A stretch of DNA of 63,913 nucleotides, counting the filler, from Reticulomyxa filosa (taxonomy: Eukaryota; Protista; Foraminifera): NCBI GenBank assembly GCA_000512085.1. It is 17 parts of 17 records of this genome, joined end to end, with 100 filler letters (N's around TTAATTAATTAA, not from the genome) between each part and the next. Parts side by side here need not be neighbours in the genome. Positions count along the whole stretch, not along the records: positions 49,353 to 57,234 come from ASPP01004151.1; positions 57,335 to 58,566 come from ASPP01020091.1; positions 58,667 to 60,844 come from ASPP01007857.1; positions 60,945 to 62,519 come from ASPP01043242.1; positions 62,620 to 63,913 come from ASPP01034033.1; 12 more parts are not named here. One strand, 5' to 3'. The notes beneath the pieces were generated by a model. It saw only the letters and a program-made list of their open reading frames with translations. It did no database searches and was not told the origin of the DNA. The position numbers and the translations under genes were made by a program. This document shows, piece after piece, positions 50,048 through 63,913 of this stretch; positions within the stretch are counted from its first letter, which is position 1, and each line of letters begins with the position of its first letter.

Positions 50048-53000
50048 ATGCAATGTAGAGTTTTGCTACGCTATGTGCCTAAAATATTCTCCTTTTCTTC
50101 ACAAGGGTAATTTATTTTGCAAATATAATTAATTTATTGTTCACTTTTTTTATCATATAAGTGAAGTGCGAGAAAAAAAAATCAAACAACAAACAGTAAA
50201 ACACTTGGACGTCACTATCAACCAAAAAAGTGTTATCATGTAGCAAAGGAGACACAAAAAAGTCGAAAACCGGACAGACAATTGATAGTGGACCCAACAA
50301 GCGAAGAAAGGAGAAAGATGTATGAATATATAACAGCAATAAAGGCATGCAAAGAGAGCAAAAACACAGACACGGCAATAAAAATCTTTGGAACAGTGAT
50401 GGAAAGGAAATGGTCAATCGACATATTACAATTGTTCCATGCAATGATAGAGGTATTATCTCACTCGAAGCAACTGTCGATGTCTTATGATTTATTCACG
50501 AAAATGAAGCCATTGTACAATGTCGAACCGAACCACATTACATATTCTTTAGTTTAATTACATCACTCATGTGCCATAAGAGACATTACACATAATTCCA
50601 TTAAAAAAAAAAAAAAAACCATACGTACCCATATGCATAATGATGTATGCGTGTTGTTTGTCGCTTTTTTTTTTTTTTTGAATGCAAAGATATTCGATGG
50701 ATTGTATGTAAATGGAGAGCGAAGTTTGCTATTACAAAATTTTGAACAATTGGTGAGCGAAAGCGAGAAAGAGCACAAAGACGAAAACACGAAAAGGAAA
50801 GATCGCGCGATCATCTACAGCGTACTAGACAAGGTGATACAGACGTATGGCGAAACGAAAGAATTGCGAACTTGCGAAGCATTATTGCACAAATGGCTAC
50901 CTCGTCTTCACAGCGACAATGACAATAACAATAACAATAACAACAACAAATCTCCGCCAACGCCATTGGAACAGACAATTTCGTATCAGTCTTTGTTCAA
51001 TCGAATTGTTAACGCTTGGATGTACGTATGCGTATCTCAGGGCAATGTTTCGACTGCTCAACAGTGTCTGCGTCAATGTGTGTCCAAGTCCCCTTTGTAT
51101 GCTGGCGCCAATGTCAACACGAGTTCGTGTTTAGTTTACAATGACTGTCAAGTCTTTTTATTGTGGCATTCCTTTCAATCGAAGAGTGGTGACCTAACCA
51201 AAGAGTCTGCCATTGATTTGTATCAGTTTTGTGTTCACAAAGAAAGAATATTTGTTTATTGTTTTTTTTTTTTTTTTGAATCGAAAACAATGAATGATTG
51301 GATAAAAAAAGAAAGACACTTGCGTGCTGTGATGTCAAGCATTTGCAAGTCGAAGTATTCAATAATGCGTTGGCAGCCTACGCAAATGCGCAAGACTGGG
51401 AAGCTGCACTTGGCATTTGGGAAGACATGGTTCGCTACCATCTTCGACCGAACAATGAAACGATAGAAAATTACTTGAGTGCATTGGTTTGTTCTCGTCG
51501 CTTTGAGCTTGTTCCCTCTGTGTTCCATGATGTTCTATCCCATTTACAATACTCTTTGCCACTCCCCCGAGGCGTACGCCCCACTCCTTCCTTGTGCTCT
51601 GTCATGATGTGGGCTGCCAATGAAACAAAACGACACAGTCAAGCCAATGTCGTCGAGCCACCAAACCTTTTCAATCAGTTTATTTACTCCTTTCGCGTGT
51701 ATCCTACTATTGATATGGCTAACGAATTATTGTATTTTTATATTGAATTCGGTCAATGGAATGACGGTATGTTGTTGCTTTGCAATACATAGAAAGATTC
51801 CACGTCATTGCTTATGTGTACATAAATATATAAATATATAAATATATATATATATATAAACATATATGTATATATTTATTTATATATAGTAATGTCCGTG
51901 GTGAATGACATTGATACGTGGAATTTAACAATGAACACAAAGACATTCAATTATTTAATTGATGGATTGGGAAAAATCAATCAATTAAAGGTAATTACGC
52001 AAGTAAGAAAACAAATGGAAGAAAATGGCTGTTTTCCGGATAACCAGACTTTTCTTTCTTTGCTTCAAGCTGCTGCAAATAATGGTATATTTGCTTTATT
52101 CTATCTATCTATCTTTTCTTAGCACTCTATATATGATATGGTGCTCTTTTGTTGAGATAGGGGCAACCGAGTCAGCACAGAAATATATGGATGAACTCTT
52201 GGAAAAAAACGAATCACAGCCAAGCAAATACAGTTTAAGCGAAGCTCCATTTTTGCATTTGATAAATGCTTACGTGAAATCCTTCGAAAGAGTGGACTAT
52301 CTATTTGTTATCGCCTCACGCTATCGGGAAGTGACATCCATGCTATGGAATCACGACAAAAACGCCAAACACTTGATGCATAAGTACATTCACGATTACA
52401 CTCCATTTTATAATGCATGGCTGAAATGCGCATATTTCGCACTTCTTAGGGCACACACTTTGACCGATGATAATGTAACGAGCAACAAGCTGAAAGACGA
52501 GGTCTTCAAAGATGTGTTTCAATTTTATGAGGACTTGATTATCAACACAAAAGATTGGAGTCCAAATGAAAACACATTTCAAATATTGTGTGACATTTGC
52601 TATTTGATAAAAGATTGGAGTCTTGGTACTAATGTTTTTAAGGCAGGCTTGACCCATTGGAATATCTTTTCTGATCAGATGTTCTTTCCTTTTATCTCGC
52701 AATTGCAGCAAACGCAACCCCAAAATATCGGCACTACTAAAACCGGAAATCAATGTCATGCACTTCACTTGGAGTCTGTTTCGCATATTTCTATTGGCAT
52801 ATTCGCTACTTTATATTACTTTAGATTTTGGAGGGATAATCAACTAATTCAACCTGATTGCCAATTCTCTATTATCACCTCCCCTGATATTCATGCTAAG
52901 GACGACACTTCTCTCTTATCCACTCTGCTTCAACTTTTTAGTAGTGACACTTTTCCTGTCAAAATCCGAGCTGGACTTACCAAACATTTGCCTACCACCA

Positions 53001-53092
53001 TTCAGTTGAACACCACTGACTTACTTGATTGGGCAGAAAAACGTAAAAGTCGTCCAAAAAATTTTTTGCAAGAAATCAATTCTCTTGATTAG
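50048..53092 (+). CDS. Pentatricopeptide-repeat protein (multi-exon), possibly mitochondrial
   Basis: PPR motifs LFHAMIEVLS..LFTKMK..VEPNHITYSL, VFNNALAAYANAQDWEAALGIWEDM..LRPN and TFNYLIDGLGK..MEENGCFPDNQTF. The start MQCRVLLRYVPKIFSFSS looks like a presequence. Confidence 0.85.
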
Positions 53093-53982
53093 TCCTTCAC
53101 AAACCTTTTTTAAGTCATCAAATTGAGATTATTTTTACTCGTAAATTCATAAAGAAGATTTTTCCAAAATACAAATGTTCTCATTTTTTAAATTGAGTTA
53201 TTTTTGTCTAAACAAAGTAATAGCTAACTTCACTAACTTGTGAAAAATAAAAAATAGTTATAAATATCCAAAAAAAGAAATATTGTATATACAATTGCAA
53301 TGGAAAGCTATTAAAAAATCGTTAATATTTGTTTTACAATTTTCAAAAAATGAAAAAATAACGATTTTTTCCATATCTTTCAACATTTTTGGATTTCTAA
53401 ATGATGCAATATTATTTAAAATATGAATTTTGAAAAAATACTGATCTTTTTTTTGTTGTCAGTTGTATATAATCATAAATTCAATTTGAAATTTAAATAA
53501 TATTGGAGTTCCCCAAAAATGATAACATGCATTATTGTTGGTTGTTTACAGAAGTTGTATTGTTGAAAACTTTTATGCTTAGCTCCAAGGAGTGATTTTT
53601 GATAACGAAAAGTTGAAGTACGTTTATTGTCGCGTTTGGTAGAATTTGTTCAATTTTACTTTTTTGTGTTAAATAAATTTGATTAGTCTGAAATAACTGA
53701 CATTAATAAAAATGAATTATATATCTTTTAAGCTTGTATCAATAATATTTTGTTTACATATGTGTGTTTAATTTCACATTAAAGGTTTACTTTGAACTTT
53801 TTGTGCTGATTAAAAGTTCGTAAACATTAAAGAAAATATGTAATATATTTTGATATGCTATCTTTTTGTAAAACAATTTTAAATATTTCGATGTTGAAAT
53901 GCCAAACTTTGAAAGGAATTACTCATGTTGTTAATGTTAAAAAAAAAAAAAGCATAAAACTTTATAACTTTGATCATTACAA

Positions 53983-55610
53983 ATGACAAGGAATATCAAC
54001 CGTTTAAATTACTCCAAATCTGATAAGCGAAGAAAGAGATGGCATGAAGCAGATGATGAACCCTTTGCTTCTTCTCGAGCAATAGATCGTTCTTTCGAGT
54101 TTAAAGAACATGAAGACAAGTATATTTATGATGTAAATTACAACAATCGACAAACTAAAAGAAGTAAATATAGATCTTTTTACCAAAGGTCTTACGAAGG
54201 GTATCAATACACTTCGAATTACCATATCAATAAGAAATGGTCAAACAATAACTACAACACAAAGGATTTGAATCAGACAAGATATAGATATGATAACATT
54301 AGAACTAGAAGTGTTTATGAATATCAAAATATAAACCGACGAAATAAATATAACAATAACAAAAACGACAATAAGTATAAAGGTAATAATTATTACCAAT
54401 ATTATCATTATGATAGGTATAATGAATATAGACGTGGTGGATATTCGTTTTGGAGACAAAAGAATAAACGACAGTATAGAAATGGACGTTATTACGACAG
54501 TCTAAAGTTGTTGTATTCGGTAATGAATTAAAAAAAAATTATACATTATACATATATATTTTTTTATTTTTTCACAAAGGGCAATAATACCGAAAATAGA
54601 CAGAACAAGAGACGAATTTAATAATAAAAAAATGGATTCAATCTTCAAGAATTAAAAGAGGATGGATTAACGAGTTTAACAAACTTATTGCAAAATATGT
54701 TAAGTTTATTTGTCTTTTTTCAAATTCGACTAATACTCGTTAATATATTTTCACACAGGCCAAAGATCTTACATTATTTAGAGTATTACCAGGATATTTT
54801 TTTAATGTTAAGCTGGCAAAATTTTCAGCAGACAATCGCAATATTGTTGTGTTGACACATGATGGAATACTTGAAATATGGGATATTATATCAGAAAAAA
54901 AAATTAAAACGTTTGAAAGAAATTTCGATTTGGGATATGATAGGATATTTTCATTCAATAGAAATATTATTATGTCATCTCTGCACAATATTCGATTATG
55001 GGATATAAATTCAGGACAAGAATTGATGAAACTGGACATATATTTAAATGATGAGTGTTATGTGGATATTTCTTCAGATGGTAAATATATTGTGTCAAGT
55101 TCATATAATGGAACACGTTTATGGGATCTACATTCTAGAAATGAGATAGTATTGCATTATCCAAGACCATTACGTGGTGTAAAATTTTCACCTAATAGTC
55201 AAATGCTCATATTATCGACCGATAATAATGCAATTATATTATGGGATATACAATCAGATAAAATAGTAAAAGAGATAAAGGGATGTTCTGGTTCTGCATC
55301 GAATGCAATATTCTCTCCAGATGGTAAGTATATTGTAATCGGTTTTGTTGATCCAATGCAAATATGGGATGTAGAATCAGGAAAATTATTACGAAGCATA
55401 TATATTAGTACAGAATATATCCTATTTTTTCCACATGGCCAAAGCTTTGTGTATTGGTCAAGTTATGGCTTAAGTCGATTGCACGATATAAAATCAGGAC
55501 ATGACATACAGATATTTGAAGATGATACTCGGATAAGAAGTATTGATATTTCACCCAATGGTAATATGATTATGACAAAAGTATCTGATCAAATTAAAAT
55601 ATGGAGATAA
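53983..55610 (+). CDS. WD40-repeat protein with Tyr/Asn/Arg-rich N-terminus (multi-exon)
   Basis: Repeated FSPDGKYIV / IRLWDI / LWD units from 54790 to 55610. Confidence 0.85.
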
Positions 55611-56409
55611 TAAAGTATTTATAACAACAGATAAATATAGAATATATAATACTTTTTATACTTGGTTTATGCTTATATTTGTTTGTGCACGATAAATTCA
55701 AATACAAGTAAATACATTCACATAACATTTTGACATTCAGTTTAATTCTTTATCAGTCTATGAATGAATTGTTTTTAAATGCGCACAATCACATTTAAAT
55801 TTTCAAATGATGATACAAAACACAAAATAAATCAACACATAAAAATATATATGTTGAAAAGAACACGAACGCTACTTTAAATAGATCAAATCTATGCTTT
55901 TTTTGTCTTTCTTTTCTTTTTATTAAGATTTACAATATTGTCATGCAGAGATGGAAGTATTAAAAAAAACAATATGAAGCAGCGTGAAAATATTACCTTG
56001 AAACAGTAATACTATCGATCCAATGATCAACAGCACAAAGAATCTGTCGATTGCAATCATGCCATTATGTGACACAATTAATATTGCAATTTTTTATTAA
56101 AAAATTATAATATTTGTTTTTCTAAGTCACTTCAAAAAAAATTTTAAAAGGAGCACTTTTTCGTCTCCTTCCCCCTTTGTAAAAAATCTTAGTTCATACT
56201 AATATCAGTATAGTGTGACTTTTTTCACAAAAAAACAACAATTATTTGGTGTTTACCTATATGCAAGACGCTTTGTGTCAAACAATTTTTTCATTTACGA
56301 CAGGTGCACAACATTTGCGCTTGGGTTTTCCCTAAAAATATTTTTTTTTCAAGTGAGATGCAAAAATATCAGATTATATCCTTTATAACAAAATTATAAC
56401 AAAAAAAAA

Positions 56410-56830
56410 TTACAAAGAGGTGAGTTTTAAGATATTTTAGTTTATGGTAACACCTAAGATGGATGTATTAGCCAATAATAATTATATCATTATTCTAATT
56501 GAAAATTATTACACAAAAACAAAAATTGCAATTATAAAAACATCAAAAGTTGTGGTGGAAGCACAATAATGTGGTCTTGCTTTGAAGTGTTAGGACTGGT
56601 CATGCGCATAACATTGATGGATGTGTCAATGCAGATATTTACAAAGAAATTCTAGGTATGAAATTGGTGTTTCTTTCGTTTTGATTACTATTGCTTATGG
56701 TAAATTGATAAACATCAAATTGAAAGCAAATATTTCCAAAACATAAAAAATAATATTTTTTTTTCTGTGTGAGAAAACAGTTATAGTTTGGTTTTAAAAA
56801 AGTGACAGAATTACCAATTGAACAGCATAA
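56410..56830 (+). mobile_element. Degenerate Tc1/mariner transposase fragment
   Basis: IKSCGGSTIMWSCF, then after a frameshift TGHAHNIDGCVNADIYKEIL; compare Tc1 KHGGGSIMVWGCF..G.G.L..I.G.MNA..Y..IL. Confidence 0.65.
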
Positions 56831-56999
56831 AAATAAAACAAAGATATTGTCAGTCTTACGTAGATTGAAAAATTTTCCTCTGGTTTAAATGTGGTCATTT
56901 CCAATCAAATATACAAGCAAAAAATGAATACTTATTCAAGTAAAAAAAAACAACACAACAAAAAAACTCCAAAATAACAATTTTTCATAAAAAAACAAA

Positions 57000-57234
57000 T
57001 CAAAAAGTTCCACCATATTGTTCAACAACTGACATCTGCAAAAGAGTTACACCTTTTGAATCTTTCCAAGCACTGCCCTTCAATGACAAACCAGTATATT
57101 GAACACCACCTTGCCAAATGCATTTCCACAAAGACTTTTTATCTTGCAAATTTGATAAAAATTTTTTGTCATCCGCAGAAAAACAAACCAAAAGTGAATT
57201 ACTCAAAACATCAGACATGTCTGCAAAGCGAGCG
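57000..57234 (-). CDS. 3' fragment of an unknown protein
   Basis: Open from the contig edge to a stop. Confidence 0.35.
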
Positions 57235-60200
57235 NNNNNNNNNNNNNNNNNNNNNNNNNNNNNNNNNNNNNNNNNNNNTTAATTAATTAANNNNNNNNNN
57301 NNNNNNNNNNNNNNNNNNNNNNNNNNNNNNNNNNGTTCATATTTGCACCAAATTTATAAATGTAACCGACGATTGCACCAGGATGAGCAATATGCATACT
57401 ATAAAATATGATCATCTACAGTTTCAAGTGAATAACATTTTCTGTATTGATATCTTGCTGTTGAAGTTATAATCAAAACCACATGAGGAAGAGCCAGACA
57501 ATAAAGTGGAGATATTCCAGCTTGGCTTTTCCACACGTGTTAAAGCTACTTTCTGTTGTGTCAATAGACAGACAAACCGCGTGAATTGTATTGCAATATA
57601 ACATCAATCGATATTGATTCAAATGAAATACAAAGAATCAAAAAAATACCATCGACTTCAAAGTTTATTTTGAAAATACTACAACTAACAATTATGTTTG
57701 GCAGGACAAGATTGAACGATACGTAATTGGTCTTGCATTATTTGTCCCCAACAATAACAACGATTGCACACTTATGTTTCGAGAATGATATCCTGAGGTA
57801 ACATAAACATATCCAAAAGCTGTGAATTGATGTTATATAGATTCTTCGCTCGGACTTGCTAAGTACATTTTGACGTTTGATTGTGATCGCGTGAGTCCAA
57901 CTGTTCGAAAAAGACAAAGTCAAACATTTTCAACAATGTGGTATAATTTGTGGTAAAATCGAGGATATACCAGAAGTACGGTCGACTGAGTTTTAACAAG
58001 TTTTGCACTGCAATTTGCTGTTTGAAAAATCGATAGTCGCAAATGTCATGTTGTTGTCAGAAAATGATATCAACGTTATATTTGAATCAATTGAACGTGA
58101 TGATTGCTGTTGTACTGGTGATCATCTTTCTAACAAATAGCAAAATATATTTGTCGCAATACATGTTTATCTGTATCACAAAGATATTTTTACATGTGTA
58201 GAGACAGTGGTAGCAGTTGGGTTGATGCAAATGAAGAAGAATGGTGGCATAGTTGGCTGTATTATATGTAGTAATATCTCGTGATTCGCCAGCAATACAG
58301 TTATATCTTTACGACTTGAAGGTATTCTTCTGGATCTTGAACCTTGACATTGTTCACATTCGACTGTTCATTCCAAGGTGGCTATGATTGCCATTACTTC
58401 TTCTTTCGCTGAGATTGTTCTATGATATTATACATATGTTTTTACAGTTCATTTTTTAATAAACATAAAAAAATAATACAACTTAACTGTCCATGCGCTG
58501 GAGCATGACTCCAACAAAATTAAATTTTTTAATAATTTTTTTTCATTGTTCTTTTTTTTCTTCTTANNNNNNNNNNNNNNNNNNNNNNNNNNNNNNNNNN
58601 NNNNNNNNNNTTAATTAATTAANNNNNNNNNNNNNNNNNNNNNNNNNNNNNNNNNNNNNNNNNNNNTTTTTTTTTGTTTTGACTTGGTGTGTGTGTGTGG
58701 CTCTCCTTTGATGTTCTCCAAAAGTGTCTTGGTTTTATTGCCGATGAAAGATGGAAAAGCGGTGTCTTGGCGTTACGTTAACATTTGGTGCAAATTTGTT
58801 CTCCTCTCAATTTTTTTTTTTCCTCCTTTTATATGTTGTGCATATCACAGAAGGGACCCAAAAGCACACAAAGATGACGATGCCACTTGGCGAAGCATTT
58901 ACCAGGTTTTGTTCTACTTCCTTCTCTCTATCTCTTTTTTTTTTTTTTTTTGATGACTCGGTTTTGTACGTGCGCATGTGTATGACTCCAAGACATATCG
59001 TGTCATGTGTTATGATAGGAACAACAAACACGTGAAAAGAGCAAGTTTGAACATGCAAAGAAGCTACTGAAAGCAAAGTGTGAAACAGAAGCAGGTTACA
59101 AATCAAACTAAAAAAAAAAAAAAAAAAAAAGAGGGCATAAATAAATGAATATATACACGTGTGTATTTATTGTTCGTATGTAATACACGTTTATGTCTGT
59201 TACATTAGCAAATGAACGCAAGGCACAAACAACGTCGGCCAGTGCAATGCACCGACGAAGACCGCTTCTCAAAAAAAAAAACGCTCGTGTTTTTCCCACC
59301 GATCCAATGAAGACAAAGTCGATGGTTTGTTGTGTGTACATAATAAAATATCACATACTCCACATGTTTTGTGTTTGTTTTGGTTCGACATAAAAAAAAA
59401 ATAAAAACAAGGGACTTACGAAGCTTATTCAAATTGTGATAAATCATATTCAATGTCTGCTTGTGTGTTTGTGTTTGCATTTTCAATCCAGATGGCGCCA
59501 GAGATTTGGCAAAATTTAAAGACTTCGTGCAACGAAGGTTGGTTAATTATTTCATGCGCACATATACATATATACAATGAAATACTTTTTTTTTTTAAAT
59601 ATAATCTGTTTTCTTGTTGTCCCTTTAATTTGGTTAGAGACTCTTTTTTTTCCTCCTCCATGCTGACTCTATTTTGCCTTGTTGTTATTTTTTAAAAATA
59701 TAAACCGATACCATACATAGGAAACAAATGCTATCAAACGTAAGTAGACCCAACAGCCTTTCCACAGGCAATGGCAGGGGAAATAAACGGTCGCCTCATC
59801 AAACTTACAACTTGATTTGCGGAAAACAAAGAAAATGATTACATTTTTTTGTTTGGTTCTGCTTTGTTTGGTTTGCGGGGAATACTTGCCATTGTTACTC
59901 CAAAATATTGGCCAAGTATTTAAGAGCAAAAGAAAGAAAATAACACAAAGGGCCCGAAGATTTTTTTGGTTCCTCATCGATTGCATGACCTTTTCTTTTT
60001 GATCTTCAACTTGCAAGTGTGTTCGACTATAACTTGGACAATTTTCAATAAACTATGCTTTTTGTGATGGTTCAAGCAGATAGAAATTGGTCACTCGCTC
60101 TAAACAACAAACCCAGGAACTCACAATTCAAGTTTTTATGATTTTATGTTAGTTAACTTACATATTTTTTAAATTGTCTTTAGCAATATTTTCAGATTTC

Positions 60201-62619
60201 AAATAAAAAAACAATCTCAACAGAGATAGCAAAAAATTTAAAAGATATTAAACCTCGTTTCTTTTTTTTTTTGTAGTTAAAAAGTGAACGCAATATCAAT
60301 TGTGTCTCAAAATAACAAATTTTTGAGTACTCTTCAGAGGAATCACAAACAAAAATCATATTCAAATTTTGTTCAATAAACAAACACTTTAAGGAATTTA
60401 ACAGAGAGAAGAGAACAAGGGCCGCCTTGAAGAAAATTACCAAAGAGCACAGATGCAATCTTTTGGCCACTGAAATAAAAAATGTCAGAGGCTCTCAAAA
60501 TGCAAACTCAAAAAAAAAAAAAAAAAAAATGAAATTGCCAAATAAAACACTTGCAACAAACAAATTAAAAAAAAAATACAATTACACTTTGCAACCAGGA
60601 CAAGGACACAGATCATTATCAACTTTTGTGTCATTTCCATTGATAAGAAGAGGATAATGGTCGCTAGTGGTTTGGTTCGTGGCCGGACAGCACACTCTTG
60701 CACACGAGTTAGCACAAAGAGAAAGGAAGGGAGAAGTCGAAGCGACATGTGAGTGATCATTTGTTTCGCAATTGTTGGCAGTCAAATGATGAGAGCTTTT
60801 TTTGTCAACAGGTTGAAATGTACCGTGCAAGGAAGAAGAAGAAGNNNNNNNNNNNNNNNNNNNNNNNNNNNNNNNNNNNNNNNNNNNNTTAATTAATTAA
60901 NNNNNNNNNNNNNNNNNNNNNNNNNNNNNNNNNNNNNNNNNNNNAAAAAAAAGATGGAATAATAAAGAAAAAAAAATGGATAAAAAAAAAGAACAAAAAA
61001 AAAAGAACATTTTTATAAGAAAAAAGAATAAGAAATAAAATAAGAAATGAAGGAAAAAATAATAATGATAAAAAAAAAAAAAAGAACAAAGAAAGACAAA
61101 AAAAATACAAGTGAAATATCAATTTTTAATTTTTTTTTAATTGGAAAAAAATAATTGTGTCCCTCTCAAGGATACGATAAAGTTAAGTGATTTATTTTTT
61201 TTTTGTGTTTGTCAAAAAGAACAAATTTGAAATATTTATCACATCATAGAAATTCAACTGCACGTTAGATCTATATTGGTGTTTGTCTTCTGTGCGCGTG
61301 ATTCGATGTGTGAGGATATCAAGTGAACTATTGGCAAAAGTGAGCAAGCGTGTACATAATGATAATGTCAATGCTATCAACATTTGCGTCCAATCAAACT
61401 CTAATCAATTGGTCCACTTTTGTGCGTCGATATCTGGAACATATCAATGCAGAGTAATGAATATATATTATGCAGCTCCTGTGGATATATGTAATTCCAT
61501 TTGTTTTAATATCGGCATCCAACAATGATTAAGTGGATTTGTGCAAGCTCGAGCAAGCAGTTACATTTCTCTTTCTTTAATAATTTTCAATTGTGTGTTA
61601 TTCCTGTGCATATATGTATGTATAGATTTGATACAATAGGAAACGCTGTCCAAGTGAAATCGTTAAACATTATTAATCACTTACTCAAAGCAGAGCTAGT
61701 GCATAATACGTATTCTATCTCTGATCGTATTTTAACTGAGTCGAAGGCGATGGCATTTGCACTATGTATGAGTTAAATATTGAACATGGCCTCAGAAAAA
61801 TGAATCTGAACAAGGTTCAGCAGTCATTGTGTTGGCTCCACAAATTCGTCAACTGGCATTTGAGAAATAATTTAAATTGCGTTGCCTGGTCTTAAAGTGT
61901 AACCCGTGCTACGAGTCACCAAAGATAACCAAGACGATGTGGATCCAAATGCAGTGCAACTATGTCGTTATTAAACTCGATATTCTTTTGGTATATGGCA
62001 ATCAAAATTCAAAAGTGTTTTGTTGTAGGCTTACAAGTCAATATATGCAATATACAATATATCAATTCAGGAGAGATAACGTTACCAGAGTTGTAATGAA
62101 TATAAATGTGAGAGACAAAGAATAAGAATAAATGCATATTCCGTGGACCACTTCTCATGTGACACGCAATCTTGTTATTATTTAAACTCAAAGCCTACAA
62201 ATGCAAGTATCAATCATGGTACTCCTATTTCCAGGTGTATATTTTATTTTTATAATGTTTTCATTTGTTGTAATATATCTTAATCAAAACAATGTAAATA
62301 TGAACCTTTTCATTGTACAGTGAATTATATTTGGCTCCCGATATCGACACGCTGAATGTGAATGGAGACATTTCCAATATACAACTGGTATGACTTGATT
62401 TGGTGCAAGATATTAAAGCTGTGATATATTGCAATTTGATTACAAAAGGACCATTGATATCATCATCAAAGAAGATTGGCAGGAAATGATTGAATTGATT
62501 ATTTCATTCTATGATGGAANNNNNNNNNNNNNNNNNNNNNNNNNNNNNNNNNNNNNNNNNNNNTTAATTAATTAANNNNNNNNNNNNNNNNNNNNNNNNN
62601 NNNNNNNNNNNNNNNNNNN

Positions 62620-63840
62620 AATTGCTGTCTGCAATTTTCCAATTCATTAATTGCACTATCTTTTTCCAAGTGCAACGAGCTCAAACTACTTCGATTTTTT
62701 TCAGTTAGCAGTACGTATTCGTGTAACTTGGTTTTAGTATTTTTGAGCTGGGTCTCCTGCGCTTGAAACTCAGACTCCAATTGTTTGATTTTTTGTTGAT
62801 ATTTGTGTAATTCATCCTTTTGTATTCCATGTTCAGTGACAGATTGTTCGTGTCTCTTGATCATAGAATTGACTTGTGTCTGCAGCTGCTGGTTTTCTTC
62901 TTGCAAATTTGTTATTTGTTGTTCATACCCTTCTTTCAAACCAAGCATTTTTCCTATTTGTTTTTCGTTTTCTCTCTTCAGAGCATCAATTTGCTCCATG
63001 TGCTGATCATTTTGTTCCTTTAAATGACTAATTTGCTTTTTATCGTTTTGTTCGATTTTGCTCACTTTTTCTATTAAATCAGTAAATTGGGCACTGTGTT
63101 GTGCTATTGGTTTTTCTGCATCGGCCAATCGTTTTGCAGTATTCATTCTTTTTTCGTATGCTAGTGCATCGCCAGCTAATATTGGATAATCATTTAACCA
63201 TGTCTCTCTATTTTATTTTGTTTTATTTAGTGTACGTGGATGTATACTCTCCCTTTCCCTCACTCCAAAATGCAGCCCTAACAGGTTTATGTTTTCCATT
63301 GGTACCTAGTTTTTGTATGCGTATACTAACACCAAAAATGTACAAGCATTATCAAAGAGACTCCTTTTTTTTTTTTGCTCAACCGAATTAATCAAAGCGT
63401 GTATGTAATCAGGTTCCATCTTTTTTGTTTGTTATCCTACATTTTTGATTGAAGACAATTACACAGCCAAATAATACAACACATTTTTTTACCTTCAAGT
63501 CTTCTACCGGCAGCTCTTGTCCATCATTCGTCGAAGCGCAAATGATTCCATTCTTCACGCATAGTCGAGTGATAGAAACACTTTTTTTGACTTTGACATC
63601 TTTTGGAAAGATAAACCAATTGAATACTGTCTTCGTAGTGTTCACAATGGCTTTGCTTCCAATCAACTTTTGTGTTGTCGTTGCACATTTGTATGTTGGA
63701 TTCAGATTGCATTAAAAAAAAAATTGAAAGAAAAAAGAAAGGAGAATTGGACAAAGGACATATAACCGCTTTAGATGCCGTCTTTTTCATGTATTGTGAA
63801 TAAAAAGGCATCACTGTTTCATCGATTGGTTTACCTGTCT
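62620..63840 (-). CDS. Internal exons of a long coiled-coil protein
   Basis: Q/E/K heptad exon 62620-63210 plus three upstream GT-AG exons. Confidence 0.6.
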
Positions 63841-63913
63841 GAAGTAGTATTGATTTTGTGTTAATTAAGGAAAAAAGGTTCAATTTTGACAGCGACAACA
63901 ATAAAAATAAAAA

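Noticed and set aside
35000-55610. NACHT + caspase + WD40 as a clustered defence locus
   Set aside because: They lie on separate contigs, so adjacency is artificial.
57335-58566. Decayed coding-like minus-strand sequence (also 61200-62519)
   Set aside because: Stops in all frames and no recognisable motif, so it cannot be assigned.
14915-62619. Recurrent TTAATTAATTAA as a biological repeat or CRISPR
   Set aside because: Always embedded in a fixed 100-nt N block; an assembly concatenation linker.
63650-63790. Malic-enzyme-like PLSNPT motif
   Set aside because: It needs a non-GT-AG join; the segment is better explained as an intron.

Overview
This window is not one locus. It is 17 short contigs joined by an artificial 100-nt linker (44 N + TTAATTAATTAA + 44 N, stops in all six frames), so neighbourhood across linkers means nothing. 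Sixteen contigs are AT-rich eukaryotic DNA with GT-AG introns, microsatellites, probable homopolymer indels and many pseudogenes. The expanded families (Kelch-like, WD40, NACHT-HEAT, caspase-like, PUB-like) resemble, from memory, the foraminiferan Reticulomyxa filosa; this is an inference. Recognisable eukaryotic genes are a membrane-anchored cyclophilin-like protein, a DUF676 esterase, an intron-containing bacterial-type 2-methylcitrate synthase ending in the peroxisomal signal SRL, a PDZ-SAM protein, a CAMK-type kinase, a PH-domain protein, TMEM135, a caspase-like peptidase, a PPR protein and a WD40 protein. One GC-rich contig (44215-48152) is a betaproteobacterial rRNA operon (16S-tRNAIle-tRNAAla-partial 23S). 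The best novel-system candidate is an intronless gene at 18848-19912 built like a polymorphic toxin: myristoylation-type start, three pre-toxin-like helical repeats, a glycine zipper, and a C-terminal ParB-like domain resembling bacterial Rhs toxin tips, with a duplicated junction suggesting tip exchange.
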